Counted from the first letter of the stretch, positions 18,571-30,364 are shown. The stretch is 64,000 nucleotides of DNA from Ilumatobacteraceae bacterium (GCA_965279405.1 OZ257157.1:3568865-3632864); one strand, 5' to 3'. A program made the numbers and translations. Notes: generated by a model from the sequence alone, not told the origin.

Positions 18571-19796
18571 AAGGACAGCGGCAGGTTGCTGACGCCTCGG
18601 ATGGTGATTCGGTCGCGCCACTCGGGTGCGCCGGCCAGTTCGAGGTTCGGGAAGCGGCGGATCAGCGTGGTGATGGCCACCTGCGCTTCGAGCTTCGCCA
18701 ACGACGCGCCGAGGCAGTAGTGAACACCGGCGGCGAAGGCGAGGTGGCGGTTGGCGTTCGGGCGGTCGAGACGAAGCTCGTGCGGCGCATCGAAGACCTC
18801 GGGGTCGTGGTTCGCTGCGCCGAGGATCGTTGCCACCAACGTCCCCTTCGGCACGATGATGCCACCGAACTCGACGTCGACCAACGGCACGCGCACGGTG
18901 TTCTGCACGGGCCCGTCGTAGCGCAGCAGCTCGTCGACCGCCTTGGCATCGAGTGACGGATCGTCGCGCCAGCGGCGCAGCTCGTCGGGATGCCGGAGCA
19001 GCGCGAGGGTGCCGTTTCCGATCAGGTTGACGGTGGTCTCGTGTCCGGCGATGTAGAGCAGGGTCACGAACGAGACGAGCTCGGCCGGGCTCAACCGGTC
19101 GCCTGCCTCCTCGGCCTGGATCAGCGCCGACAGCACGTCGTCGCCGAGCGCGTGTCGACGTTCGTCGACGAGGTCGTTGATGTACTCGCCCATCAGCCGG
19201 CCGCAGCGCTCGCTCTCGTCCAGTGTTGCCTCGCTCGCCGTCGGCTCGAGGGCAGCCGTCAGCGCCTGCGACCACTCGCGCACCTCATCGGAGCGTTCGG
19301 TGGGCAGGGCGAGCAGGTCGGAGATGACCTGGAACGGCACCGGGAAGGCGAGGCTGTCGATCAGCTCGATCGAACCCTCGTCCTCGGCGCGGTCGAGGAT
19401 GTCGCCGACCAGCTGCTCGACGCGTGCGCGGAGCTGTTCGATCGCCTTCGGCGTGAACGCCATCGTCACCAGCCGGCGCAGGCGCGTGTGATCGGGCGGG
19501 TCGAGGTTGAGGATCGTCTTCGCCCCGCGCCCCTCGGCGCGCCGGCGTTGGAACCGCTCGCGTCGTGCGAGGCGGACCGGGTCGGTCGGCAACGGCGTGT
19601 GCTCCTCGATGTCGCGAGCGAACTCGGCGCCGCGCAGCGCGCGGGCGACGTCCTCGTAGCGCGACAGCACGATCATCCCCATCGGCGAGCGGTGCACCGG
19701 CTCCAGCTCGCGCAACCGGTCGTAGAAGGGGTATGGATCGGCCCGGAAGAGCGGATCGAACGGGTTGTACAGCAGCTCGGGGGTGTCGATGCTCAT
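18567..19796 (-). CDS. Cytochrome P450
   Basis: This is the C-terminal 409 aa of ORF 18567..20489, starting at ATG 19796 with MSIDTPELLYNPFDP. ExxR motif ELLRYD. Heme loop FAAGVHYCLGASLA. The start overlaps the upstream stop as ATGA. Confidence 0.9.
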   Translation of the reverse strand: MSIDTPELLYNPFDPLFRADPYPFYDRLRELEPVHRSPMGMIVLSRYEDVARALRGAEFARDIEEHTPLPTDPVRLARRERFQRRRAEGRGAKTILNLDPPDHTRLRRLVTMAFTPKAIEQLRARVEQLVGDILDRAEDEGSIELIDSLAFPVPFQVISDLLALPTERSDEVREWSQALTAALEPTASEATLDESERCGRLMGEYINDLVDERRHALGDDVLSALIQAEEAGDRLSPAELVSFVTLLYIAGHETTVNLIGNGTLALLRHPDELRRWRDDPSLDAKAVDELLRYDGPVQNTVRVPLVDVEFGGIIVPKGTLVATILGAANHDPEVFDAPHELRLDRPNANRHLAFAAGVHYCLGASLAKLEAQVAITTLIRRFPNLELAGAPEWRDRITIRGVSNLPLSF

Positions 19797-21154
19797 GCCG
19801 TCACCGTCGATGTCGTGTCGCGCTTGCCGGAGGCGCTGTCGTCGGCCATCCGCTGCAGCGTGGCCTCGAGCTCCAGGTTGCCGGTGGCCTTGGCCCACTG
19901 CTTGGGCAGCGCCGGGAACGAGTAGTCGCCGAGGTCCTTCGGTTGGTAGTGCTCGGCGCGCCGAGCCATCGCCGCTTCGATCGCGGGAGCGAGTCGCTTG
20001 GCCTTCGCCGCGACCTGTGCCTCGTCGCGTTCCATGAACTCGGGCAGCACCTCCTTCCCGAAGATCTCGATCGACTCCATGATGTGCTCGTGCTTGTTGC
20101 GTCCGGCCTGGAGCACGAAGATCACCTGGTCGACGCCGGCCTCCTCGAAGCGGCGCAGGTACTCGCGCACCTGCTGGGGCGTGCCGACGCTGCCGCGCAG
20201 GCCGGTCGAGTCGCCGGCCGCCTGCTTGGCGCCGAGCGTCTCGGCGCGAGCGGCGGCAGCGACGGCCTCGGGGTCGTAGCCCTGTGCGGCACGACGGTCG
20301 ACGTACTCGGCCCACACGTCTGTCTTCGCCGGGCGGTGCTCGCCGAAGACGTAGAAGTGGCCGAGCGAGTAGCCGAAGAAGTTGGAGCCCTCGGCGCCGC
20401 GACGGATGGCTTCCTCCTCGTCGTGGTGCATCATCATCGGGCTGACGCAGGCGACCTGTGGGTTGACGGCGAAGCCGACGGGCACGCACTCCTCGGCGAA
20501 GGTGCGCTCGTACTCGCTGACCCAGTTGACGGCTTCCTCGGGGTCGATGAACGCGAAGGTCAGCGCGCCGATGCCCTTCTGCGCAGCCAGGAGGATGGTG
20601 TCACGGCGTGAGCACGCCACCCACAGGGGCGGGTGCGGCTTCTGCATCGGCTTGGGGATGACGTTGCGCGGCGGCATCGTGACGTACTTGCCGTCCACGC
20701 CGGTGAACGGCGTCTCGGCCATGCAGCGCACCGCGGTCTCGAGACCTTCGAGCCAGGCGTCGCGCTTCTCCAGCGGGTTGACGCCGAAGCCGCCGAGCTC
20801 GGCTTCGCTGGAGGACTCGCCGCTGCCGAACTCGACGCGACCGTTTGAGACGAGGTCGAGCATGCTCACTCGCTCGGCCGTGCGCGCCGGGTGGTTGAAC
20901 TGCGGTGCGGTGAGGATGATGCCGTGGCCGAGACGCATGTTCTTCGTGCGCTGGCTGCACGCGGCGAGGAACACCTCGGGCGCGGAGGAGTGGCTGTACT
21001 CCTCGAGGAAGTGGTGCTCCACCTCCCACACGTACTGGATGCCGAGCGAGTCGGCCAGCTCCACCTGATCGAGCGCGTCCTGCACCAGTTGGCGCTCGCC
21101 GTCGTCGCCCCAGGGGCGGCCCATCTGGTGCTCGTAGAAGATGCCGAACTTCAT
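19793..21154 (-). CDS. LLM-class flavin-dependent oxidoreductase (453 aa)
   Basis: MKFGIFYEHQMGRPWG...QYVWEVEHHFLEEYSHSSAPEVFL...RVEFGSGESSS. This is bacterial luciferase-like. Confidence 0.85.
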   Translation of the reverse strand: MKFGIFYEHQMGRPWGDDGERQLVQDALDQVELADSLGIQYVWEVEHHFLEEYSHSSAPEVFLAACSQRTKNMRLGHGIILTAPQFNHPARTAERVSMLDLVSNGRVEFGSGESSSEAELGGFGVNPLEKRDAWLEGLETAVRCMAETPFTGVDGKYVTMPPRNVIPKPMQKPHPPLWVACSRRDTILLAAQKGIGALTFAFIDPEEAVNWVSEYERTFAEECVPVGFAVNPQVACVSPMMMHHDEEEAIRRGAEGSNFFGYSLGHFYVFGEHRPAKTDVWAEYVDRRAAQGYDPEAVAAAARAETLGAKQAAGDSTGLRGSVGTPQQVREYLRRFEEAGVDQVIFVLQAGRNKHEHIMESIEIFGKEVLPEFMERDEAQVAAKAKRLAPAIEAAMARRAEHYQPKDLGDYSFPALPKQWAKATGNLELEATLQRMADDSASGKRDTTSTVTA

Positions 21155-21160
21155 GTCCGC

Positions 21161-21182
21161 ATGTAAACACCTGTGTATACAT
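21161..21182. promoter_or_regulatory. AT-rich inverted repeat; candidate TetR operator
   Basis: ATGTAAACAC-CT-GTGTATACAT, with half-sites matching 9/10. It lies 7 nt upstream of the LLM ATG (21154) and upstream of the divergent TetR gene. It is the most AT-rich stretch in a GC-rich intergenic region. Confidence 0.5.
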
Positions 21183-21210
21183 CCGTCAAGGGTCGGGTTA
21201 GCATCGCGTC

Positions 21211-21858
21211 ATCGGAACACCACGCCTCCCCAGAGCGGAACGGCGCGAGCAGGTCCTGCGCGCTGCGGCGAGCGCCTTCGTCCGCGCCGGCTTCGACGGG
21301 ACGTCGATGGACGACGTCGGCCGCGAGGCGGGCGTGACGCGGCTCATCGTCTACCGCATCTTCGAGACGAAGGAAGCGCTGTACCGGGCGGTGCTCGACG
21401 AGGTCAGCGCGGACCTGTACGCGTCCTTCAACGAGCACGACGCGAGAGAGAACGGCGTGTCACGCCTCCTGCTCGACGTGGCCCGGCGGCACCCCGACGG
21501 GTTCCGGTTGCTGTGGCGCCATGCCAACCACGAGCCGGAGTTCGCCGAGTACGCGCGCGTGTTCCGCGACCTCGTCACCGCGTACACCGAGACGTTGCTC
21601 GGCGAGCACGTCGGCGACGCGCTGACGCGCCACTGGATGGCGCAGACGTTGGTCGGCTACCACTACGACGGGTTGTGCACCTGGCTCGACGACGGCGATG
21701 TGGCGCGCGACGACGAGTACCTGGCGATGGTCAGTGCCGGTTCACGCGCTCTGGTGAGCGCCTGGTTGCCGGACGCGTTGCCTGCGGGCGTCAGCCCGGC
21801 AGGCTCTCCTCGATCTTCGCGACCAGCGCCGGGTCCTCGGGGGCGACCATCGGGCTGA
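21211..21858 (+). CDS. TetR/AcrR family transcription regulator (start codon unresolved)
   Basis: ORF 21307..21858 begins inside the HTH (MDDVGREAGVTRLIVYRIFETKEALY). The same frame reads RAERREQVLRAAASAFVRAGFDGTS upstream, which is helix 1. There is no in-frame ATG, GTG or TTG back to TAG 21199-21201. The candidate starts are ATC 21211 and CTG 21256. Confidence 0.65.
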   Translation: MGTPRLPRAERREQVLRAAASAFVRAGFDGTSMDDVGREAGVTRLIVYRIFETKEALYRAVLDEVSADLYASFNEHDARENGVSRLLLDVARRHPDGFRLLWRHANHEPEFAEYARVFRDLVTAYTETLLGEHVGDALTRHWMAQTLVGYHYDGLCTWLDDGDVARDDEYLAMVSAGSRALVSAWLPDALPAGVSPAGSPRSSRPAPGPRGRPSG

Positions 21859-22276
21859 AGCGGGTGACCGAACCGTCGGGGGCGATCAGGAACTTCTCGA
21901 AGTTCCAGCGGATGTCGCCGCTGTGGCCTTCGCTGTCGGCGGTCTGCGTCAGCTCCTGGTAGATCGGGTGGCGATCGTCGCCGTTGACGTCGATCTTCTC
22001 CATCATCGGGAAGCTGACCCCGTAGGTGGTGCTGCAGAACGTCTCGATCTCCTCGGCCGAACCGGGCTCCTGCGCACCGAACTGGTTGCACGGGAAGCCG
22101 ACGACGGTGAAGCCGCGATCGCCGTAGGTCTGCTGCAGCTGCTCGAGGCCGGTGTACTGCGGGGTGAGACCGCACTTGGAAGCGACGTTGACGGCCAGGA
22201 TGGCCTTGCCGTGGAAGGCCTCCAGCGAGGACTCGTCGCCGCGCAGGGTGTGGATGGGAGCATCGAAGATCGTCAT
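21791..22276 (-). CDS. gpx: Glutathione peroxidase (Cys type)
   Basis: This is the C-terminal 161 aa of ORF 21791..23680. VNVASKCGLTPQY, FPCNQFGAQEPG and WNFEKFL. The ATG overlaps the upstream stop as ATGA. Confidence 0.9.
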   Translation of the reverse strand: MTIFDAPIHTLRGDESSLEAFHGKAILAVNVASKCGLTPQYTGLEQLQQTYGDRGFTVVGFPCNQFGAQEPGSAEEIETFCSTTYGVSFPMMEKIDVNGDDRHPIYQELTQTADSEGHSGDIRWNFEKFLIAPDGSVTRFSPMVAPEDPALVAKIEESLPG

Positions 22277-24147
22277 GGCGACATCATGCCCGCATCGGCA
22301 CGGGTTCGGTGCAGTTCTGCGTACCTTCCGTCGTGCGCGAGCAGCTCGTCGTGCGTGCCTCGTTCGACGACGACGCCGTCTTCGACGACGAGGATCAGAT
22401 CGGCGTCGCGGACGGTCGACAGCCTGTGGGCGATGACGATCGCGGTGCGACCGGCGAGCGCGTCGGCGAGCGCGGCTTGCACCGCGGCTTCCGAGGTGTT
22501 GTCGAGGTGGGCGGTGGCCTCGTCGAGGATGACGACGCGTGGCGCGGCGAGCAGGATGCGGGCGATCGTCAGCCGCTGACGTTCGCCGCCGGAGAAGCGG
22601 TAGCCACGCTCGCCGACGACGGTGTCGAGGCCCTCGGGCAGCTCGGCGACGAGTTCCGCGAGGCGGGCAGTGCGCAGCGCGTCCCACAGCTCCTCGTCGG
22701 TCGCTTCGGGTCGGGCGAAGCGAAGGTTGTCGCGCACCGACTCGTGGAAGAGGTGGCCGTCTTGGGTGACGAGACCGACGGTCTCGCGCAGCGATTCGAA
22801 CGACAGGTCGCGCACGTCGACGCCGCCGACGCGCACGGCGCCTGAGTCGGTGTCGTAGAGCCGTGGGATCAGCGAGGCGATGGTCGACTTGCCGCTGCCG
22901 GACGTGCCGACGATGGCGACGAGGTGGCCGGGTTCGGCACGGAACGAGATGCCGTGGAGCACCTCGGCCCCGCCGCGACCGTCGAGCACGGCAACGTCCT
23001 CCAGCGACGCGAGCGACACCTTGTCCGCGGCCGGATAGCTGAAGCGGACGTCGTCGAACTCGACGCCGACAGGACCGTCGGGCACGGTCAGCGGGCCGTT
23101 GCGCTCGGTGATCAGCGGTGCGAGGTCGAGCACCTCGAACACGCGCTCGAAGCTGACGAGCGCGGTCATCGCATCCACGCGCGCGCTGGCGAGTGCGGTG
23201 AGCGGCGCGTAGAGCTGGTTGAGCAACAGGGCGAGAGTGACCACGGTGCCGGCCTCGAGGTCGCCCTTCAGGGCGAGGTATCCGCCGAGCCCGTAGACGA
23301 GCGCCAGCGCCAGGGCGGAGACGAGGGCCAGCGATGTCATGAAGACGTACTCGCCCATGGCGGAGCGAACGCCGATCTCGGCGACGCGTTCGGCGCGCCG
23401 GCCGAACTCGGCCTCCTCGCGCTTGGGTCGGCCGAACAGCTTGACCAAGGTCGCTCCGGGCGCGTTGAAGCGCTCGGTCATCTGGGTGGTCATCGCCGCG
23501 TTGTGGTCGGCGCCCTCGCGTTCGAGCTGGGCGAGGCGCGAGCCCATCCGGCGCGCCGGGATGACGAACACGGGGAGCAGGATCAGCGCCAAGAGCGTGA
23601 TCTGCCACGACAGGCGGAGCATGACGACGAGCGACAGGGTGAGCGCGATGACGTTGCTGACCACGCCGGAGAGCGTCCACGTGAAAGCTCGCTGGGCGCC
23701 GATGACGTCGTTGTTCAGCCGGCTGACGAGCGAGCCCGTGTGGGTGCGGGTGAAGAAGGCGACGGGCATGCGCTGCACGTGACCGAACACGGCGCGGCGC
23801 AGGTCGAGGATCAATCCTTCGCCGATCTTCGACGACTGCCAGCGCTCACCGATGCCGACGATCGCATCGAGCACGGCGATGCCGGCGATGACGAGCGCGA
23901 GCACGACGACCTTCGTGGTGCTGCGGCCGCCGATGATCTCGTCGACGACGCGGCCGGCGAGCACGGGCGTCGCCACGGTGAGCACGGCGATGAGCACGCT
24001 GAGCCCGAGGTAGAGCACCAGCGCGCGGCGGTGCGGTCGGGCGAATTCGAGGATTCGCTTGAGCGTCGCTCGACTGATCTTGCGCCGCGGTTGATCGCCC
24101 TGCATCGCGCTCTCGAGCGCCATCCAATGGCTGAAGTCCATCTGCAT
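22273..24147 (-). CDS. ABC transporter, fused permease/ATP-binding subunit (MsbA/MDR-exporter type)
   Basis: Six-TM N-domain. Walker A GTSGSGKST. Signature FSGGERQR. Walker B VVILDEATAHLD. Confidence 0.9.
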   Translation of the reverse strand: MQMDFSHWMALESAMQGDQPRRKISRATLKRILEFARPHRRALVLYLGLSVLIAVLTVATPVLAGRVVDEIIGGRSTTKVVVLALVIAGIAVLDAIVGIGERWQSSKIGEGLILDLRRAVFGHVQRMPVAFFTRTHTGSLVSRLNNDVIGAQRAFTWTLSGVVSNVIALTLSLVVMLRLSWQITLLALILLPVFVIPARRMGSRLAQLEREGADHNAAMTTQMTERFNAPGATLVKLFGRPKREEAEFGRRAERVAEIGVRSAMGEYVFMTSLALVSALALALVYGLGGYLALKGDLEAGTVVTLALLLNQLYAPLTALASARVDAMTALVSFERVFEVLDLAPLITERNGPLTVPDGPVGVEFDDVRFSYPAADKVSLASLEDVAVLDGRGGAEVLHGISFRAEPGHLVAIVGTSGSGKSTIASLIPRLYDTDSGAVRVGGVDVRDLSFESLRETVGLVTQDGHLFHESVRDNLRFARPEATDEELWDALRTARLAELVAELPEGLDTVVGERGYRFSGGERQRLTIARILLAAPRVVILDEATAHLDNTSEAAVQAALADALAGRTAIVIAHRLSTVRDADLILVVEDGVVVERGTHDELLAHDGRYAELHRTRADAGMMSP

Positions 24148-24169
24148 GGGCTCAGCCTGTCAGTTCAAG

Positions 24170-25156
24170 TCAGGTTGAAGTCAAGGACCCGTCGTTGGCC
24201 AGGAGGAGCTTCGCCGCAGCAGTCGGCGTGAGCGTGCCGGCATCGATCTTCGCTTCGAGCTCAGCAGCGAGTGTCTTCACCCCGGGCGTGGCGCGGAAGC
24301 GCGACACGAGCTGATCGTCGACCGCGCTCCACATCCAGCGGCGAGCCTGGTCGCTTCGTTTGCGGGCCAGCGCGCCGGTGCGCTCGAGGTGGTCGCGGTG
24401 GTTGGTCAGCTGCTTCCACACCGCGTCGAGCCCAGTGCCCTCGATCGAGCTGCACGTCAGGACGGGTGGGTCCCACCCATCGCTGCCGGCGTTGACGAGG
24501 TGCAGTGCGGCGCGCAGCTCGCTGGCAGCATTCTCCGCTTCGCGCACGTGCGCGCCATCGGCCTTGTTGACGACGAGGAGGTCGGCGAGCTCGATGACGC
24601 CCTTCTTGATGCCCTGCAGGGTGTCGCCGGTGCGGGCCAGGGCCAGCAGCATGAACGTGTCGACCATGTTGGCGACGACCGTCTCCGACTGGCCGACGCC
24701 CACGGTCTCGATCAGCACGACGTCGTAGCCGGCTGCTTCGACGATGACGATGGCCTCTCGCGTGGCGCGGGCCACGCCACCCAGCACGCCGGCGCTGGGG
24801 GAGGGGCGGATGAACGCGTGCTCGTCGACGGACAGGCGCTGCATGCGCGTCTTGTCGCCGAGGATCGAGCCCTGCGTGCGCGACGAGGACGGGTCAACGG
24901 CGAGGACGGCGACACGGTGACCGCTTGCCGTGAGCGAGCTGCCGAGCGCGTCGATGAACGTCGACTTGCCGGCCCCGGGCACGCCGGTGATGCCGATGCG
25001 ATGCGCCTTGCCCGAGTCGGGCAGCAGCTGCACGAGCAGCTCCTGCGCGGCCTCCTGGTGGTCGGCGCGACGCGACTCGACGAGCGTGATGGCCTTGCCG
25101 AGCATGGCGCGATCACCGCGTCGCACGCCGTCGACGTAGCGATCGATCTCGATCAC
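24170..25156 (-). CDS. meaB: Methylmalonyl-CoA mutase-associated GTPase
   Basis: GITGVPGAGKSTFIDAL, ETVGVGQSE and VVNKAD. It lies directly downstream of mutB. Confidence 0.9.
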   Translation of the reverse strand: MIEIDRYVDGVRRGDRAMLGKAITLVESRRADHQEAAQELLVQLLPDSGKAHRIGITGVPGAGKSTFIDALGSSLTASGHRVAVLAVDPSSSRTQGSILGDKTRMQRLSVDEHAFIRPSPSAGVLGGVARATREAIVIVEAAGYDVVLIETVGVGQSETVVANMVDTFMLLALARTGDTLQGIKKGVIELADLLVVNKADGAHVREAENAASELRAALHLVNAGSDGWDPPVLTCSSIEGTGLDAVWKQLTNHRDHLERTGALARKRSDQARRWMWSAVDDQLVSRFRATPGVKTLAAELEAKIDAGTLTPTAAAKLLLANDGSLTST

Positions 25157-25157
25157 G

Positions 25158-27262
<2,105 letters not shown>

Positions 27263-27266
<4 letters not shown>

Positions 27267-29089
27267 GCCACTCCGATCCGATCGAGCAGCTCGGTGAGCG
27301 TCGCCTGCACGTCGGACCCCGCGTAGATCTGCGGGAGGTCGAGCGGCAGGTCCTTCGGGCGTCCGGCGAGGTAGGTCGCCGTCGCGCCTGCCTTGGCGAG
27401 TGCCGCTGCCACCGGGGCGGCGTGTGCGGCGTAGAGCTCGTCGCTGCTGCAGAGGCAGGCGAGCGTCGTGCCCGATGCGGTGAGCTCGCTGGCGATGGCT
27501 GTGGCATCGATGCCGCCGTTGCCGATGATGGCCCGCACGCCGGCGATCTCGAACAGGTTCTTGGCGAACATCACGCGTGCGGTGTTGGCCGCCGGCTCGC
27601 CGATCGCGGCGAGGAAGATGGCGGGGCGTCCGTTGGACTCGGCGTGTGCGTCGACCCGTGACCGGAGCGCCTCGAAGCCCTCGGCGAAGCGATGCGTCGG
27701 CAGGCCTTGTCCGGCGATGGCGATCTTCACGAGACCGGGGCGGGCAGGCTCGTCGATGTTCGGGAACTCGCTGACACCGGTGAGCGGGTCGCGTCGAGTG
27801 GCGACGTTGCGTTGCCGTGCCGTCGCCGTTGCTTCGACGGTGGCGAGCAGCGAGCCATCGGCGATCGCGGCGCGCATGCCGCCGTTGCGCTCGACGTCCT
27901 GGAAGCGGGCCCATGCGCCATCGGCGATCTGGGCGGTGAGCGTCTCGACGAAGTGCGACCCGCCGGCCGGGTCGATCACCTTGGTCAGGTTGCTCTCGAA
28001 GGCCAGCACCGACTGCGTGTTGCGAGCCAGTCGCAGGCCGATCTCGGAGGATGCTGCGCTGAGCAGGTGGTCGTAGGGGAGCACGGTGATCGCATCGGCG
28101 CCGGCGACGCCTGCGGCGAAGCAGGCCATCGTGCCGCGCAGCATGTTGACCCACGGGTCGTAGACCGTGAGCATCGCCGTCGACTCCATCGCGTGGATGC
28201 GCGTGGCGCCGGATGCTTCCTTGTCGCCGAGCACTTCTGCGACGCGCGAGAGGAGCTGGCGCACCGCACGGATCTTGGCGATCGTGGCGAACTGGTCGGC
28301 GGTCGCGGCGACGCGCACCTCCATCGAGGCGAACAGTTGCAGCGGCTTGTCGAGCGCGCGAGCCGTGTCGACCACGGTGGCGATCACATACGCCAGCTCG
28401 TCGGCATCTGACGCGCCGGCATCGTGGAAGCGAGTGCCGTCGATCGCGACGACCGCGGTGGCCGGGTGCTCGGCGCGCATGCGCGTGATCCATGTTGCGA
28501 CGGTGGCGAGCGCTTCGTCGAGCCCGTCGACATCGCCGCGTGACGCGGCCTCGCCGATCGGGTCGGCGCCGAGGCATGCCGCGGCACGGTGCGTCGCACC
28601 GGCTGCGGCGATGAACGCCTCGGCTGCGGCTTCCCAACGATCTGCCGCCTGGAGCGTGATGGGGGCGAGGTCGAGGTAGACGCCGTCGAGGAGCGATGCG
28701 AGCAGCGCCTCGTCGATCGTCTCGGCGTCGCGCAGGTCGATCAAGAGTCCGGTGGCGCCGCGTTCCAGCTCGTACGCGCCGGCGCCGCGACCTCGTTCGG
28801 GCGAGATGCGCTGCCGCATCTCCCACGCCCGGTCCGCTGTGGTCTGAACGGCACGACCTCGGGTGAACGGCGCCTGGCCGGGCATGCCCGTGTCGACGGC
28901 GGGGACGAGCGACGGGTCGTAGAACGGCTCGATGGTGATGCCCTCGTAGGTGGTGCTGCGCAGCTTGCCGAGCACCGCCTCCGGATCGTCACCGAGCTCC
29001 CGCTTGAGCTGCTTGGCGACCAGCGCCAGCCACTGATCACGCGTCGCTGCCGGGAACTCCTCGGCCAAGCTCAGCGGTGCGTCACCCAT
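27263..29089 (-). CDS. mutA: Methylmalonyl-CoA mutase small (beta) subunit
   Basis: This is the C-terminal 608 aa of ORF 27263..30058, starting at ATG 29089 with [36 protein letters not shown]. The stop overlaps the mutB ATG as ATGA. Confidence 0.85.
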
Positions 29090-29141
29090 CGCCAGGACGT
29101 TACCGGCCACCCCTTCCGTGAACCGAAACGCGGGCTTGGCG

Positions 29142-29190
29142 CTTCTCGGTGCATCCAGCGACAGGACCTGTCGCTGGATGCACCGAGAAG
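29142..29190. repeat. 49-nt perfect palindrome (element E1)
   Basis: CTTCTCGGTGCATCCAGCGACAGG-A-CCTGTCGCTGGATGCACCGAGAAG. The arms are 24 nt. It lies 52 nt upstream of the mutA ATG. Confidence 0.9.
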
Positions 29191-29218
29191 CCGGTTCGCC
29201 CGGCGATGTCCCCGGTTC

Positions 29219-29259
29219 TGTCGACGATTCTCGACGCCCCGCGTCGACAATCGTCGACA
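29219..29259. repeat. 41-nt near-perfect palindrome (element E2)
   Basis: TGTCGACGATTCTCGACGC-CCC-GCGTCGACAATCGTCGACA. 18 of 19 arm positions pair. Confidence 0.85.
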
Positions 29260-29368
29260 AGAGCGCCTGCTTCGTTGACTGTCCCGGTGGCCGACCTACG
29301 ACGTCGCGTTCGGCTGTTCGACCATGAGTCGAACCACGCCTGCTGCTCGAGGGCTTCCACCGACTGGA

Positions 29369-29417
29369 CTTCTCGTTGCGTGGGGCGACACGATCGGTCG
29401 CCGGACGCAACGAGAAG
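29369..29417. repeat. 49-nt palindromic element E3, homologous to E1
   Basis: CTTCTCGTTGCGTGGGGCGACACG-A-TCGGTCGCCGGACGCAACGAGAAG. It has the same length, the same centre and the same termini (CTTCTCG...CGAGAAG) as E1. Three arm differences are compensated in the opposite arm. Confidence 0.85.
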
Positions 29418-29455
29418 CTCAAATCGGTTGGTGCGGCGGACGGTGCGCGTCGACG

Positions 29456-30364
29456 ATGGGAGTCATGGCGCGGGTTCGGATGCATGCGGACGAGGTGGAG
29501 ACGAGCCCTGCGCTCGTGCGCGCCTTGCTCACGGACCAGTTCCCGCAGTGGGCGGAGCTGCCCATCGAGCTGGTGGACTCCTACGGCACGGATCACGACA
29601 TCTACCGAGTCGGTGATCACCTTGCGGCTCGCTTGCCTCGCATCGGATGGGCGACGAGGCAGGCGGCGAAGGAAGCAGTGTGGCTGCCGAGGCTCGCTCC
29701 ACATCTGCCGCTCGCCGTGCCGGTGCCACTGGCGATGGGTGCTCCCGGGAACGGCTACCCGTTCGACTGGTCGGTGTGCGAGTGGCTGCCCGGCGTGAAC
29801 GCCAACGACAGCATCGACGGCCTCGACCGAGCAGCACGTGACCTCGGTGCGTTCATCATCGCCTTGCGACGGATCGACACCGCAGACGCACCGCGACGGC
29901 GGAAGCACGCTCGAGGTGGTCCGCTGATCGAGAGCGACGAGCAGGTACGCGCGTCCATCGCCGAGCTCCGTGATCGCGTCGACGCTGCCGCAACGCTGCG
30001 CGAGTGGCAACGCGCACTCGACGCACCGACGTGGGACGGTGACGAGGTGTGGGTGCACGGCGACCTCCTCCCGGGCAACCTGCTCGTCGTCGACGGCCGG
30101 CTATCGGCGGTCATCGACTTCGGTGGGCTCAACGTCGGCGACCCGGCGTGCGACCTCCAGCCGGCGTGGAACGTGTTCACCGGCGCCAGCCGAGAGCGGT
30201 TCCGCACAGAGCTCGACGTCGACGATGCGTCGTGGCAGCGCGGCCGCGGCTGGGCCCTGGCGCAAGCGGTGAACGCGCTGCCGTACTACTGGGACACCAA
30301 CCCGGGCATCGTGCGCCAGGCTCAGCACGCGCTCGAGCAACTGCTGAGTCAGCCGAAGGGCTGA
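29456..30364 (+). CDS. Aminoglycoside phosphotransferase (APH) family protein
   Basis: ORF 29324..30364. LVRALLTDQFPQWAELPIELV...GTDHDIYRVG, VWVHGDLLPGNLLV and IDFGGLNVGDPACDL. The start is uncertain: ATG 29456, 29465 or 29480. Confidence 0.8.
   Translation: MGVMARVRMHADEVETSPALVRALLTDQFPQWAELPIELVDSYGTDHDIYRVGDHLAARLPRIGWATRQAAKEAVWLPRLAPHLPLAVPVPLAMGAPGNGYPFDWSVCEWLPGVNANDSIDGLDRAARDLGAFIIALRRIDTADAPRRRKHARGGPLIESDEQVRASIAELRDRVDAAATLREWQRALDAPTWDGDEVWVHGDLLPGNLLVVDGRLSAVIDFGGLNVGDPACDLQPAWNVFTGASRERFRTELDVDDASWQRGRGWALAQAVNALPYYWDTNPGIVRQAQHALEQLLSQPKG

Noticed and set aside
21791-22276. Selenocysteine-containing glutathione peroxidase.
   Set aside because: The active-site residue in VASKCGLT is encoded by a Cys codon, and the ORF has no in-frame TGA.
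29090-29455. Cobalamin riboswitch upstream of mutA, and likewise in the nrdA leader (31653-31769).
   Set aside because: I read both strands for the conserved B12-element pieces that I remember (GCCACUG core, GGUGnAAnUCC, AGCCAGGAGACCUGCC-like B12 box). I found only weak fragments (GCCACCGGGA, GGTGGAAGCCC), in the wrong order and context. In addition, B12-dependent enzymes are not typical riboswitch targets. Only an Infernal scan could settle this.
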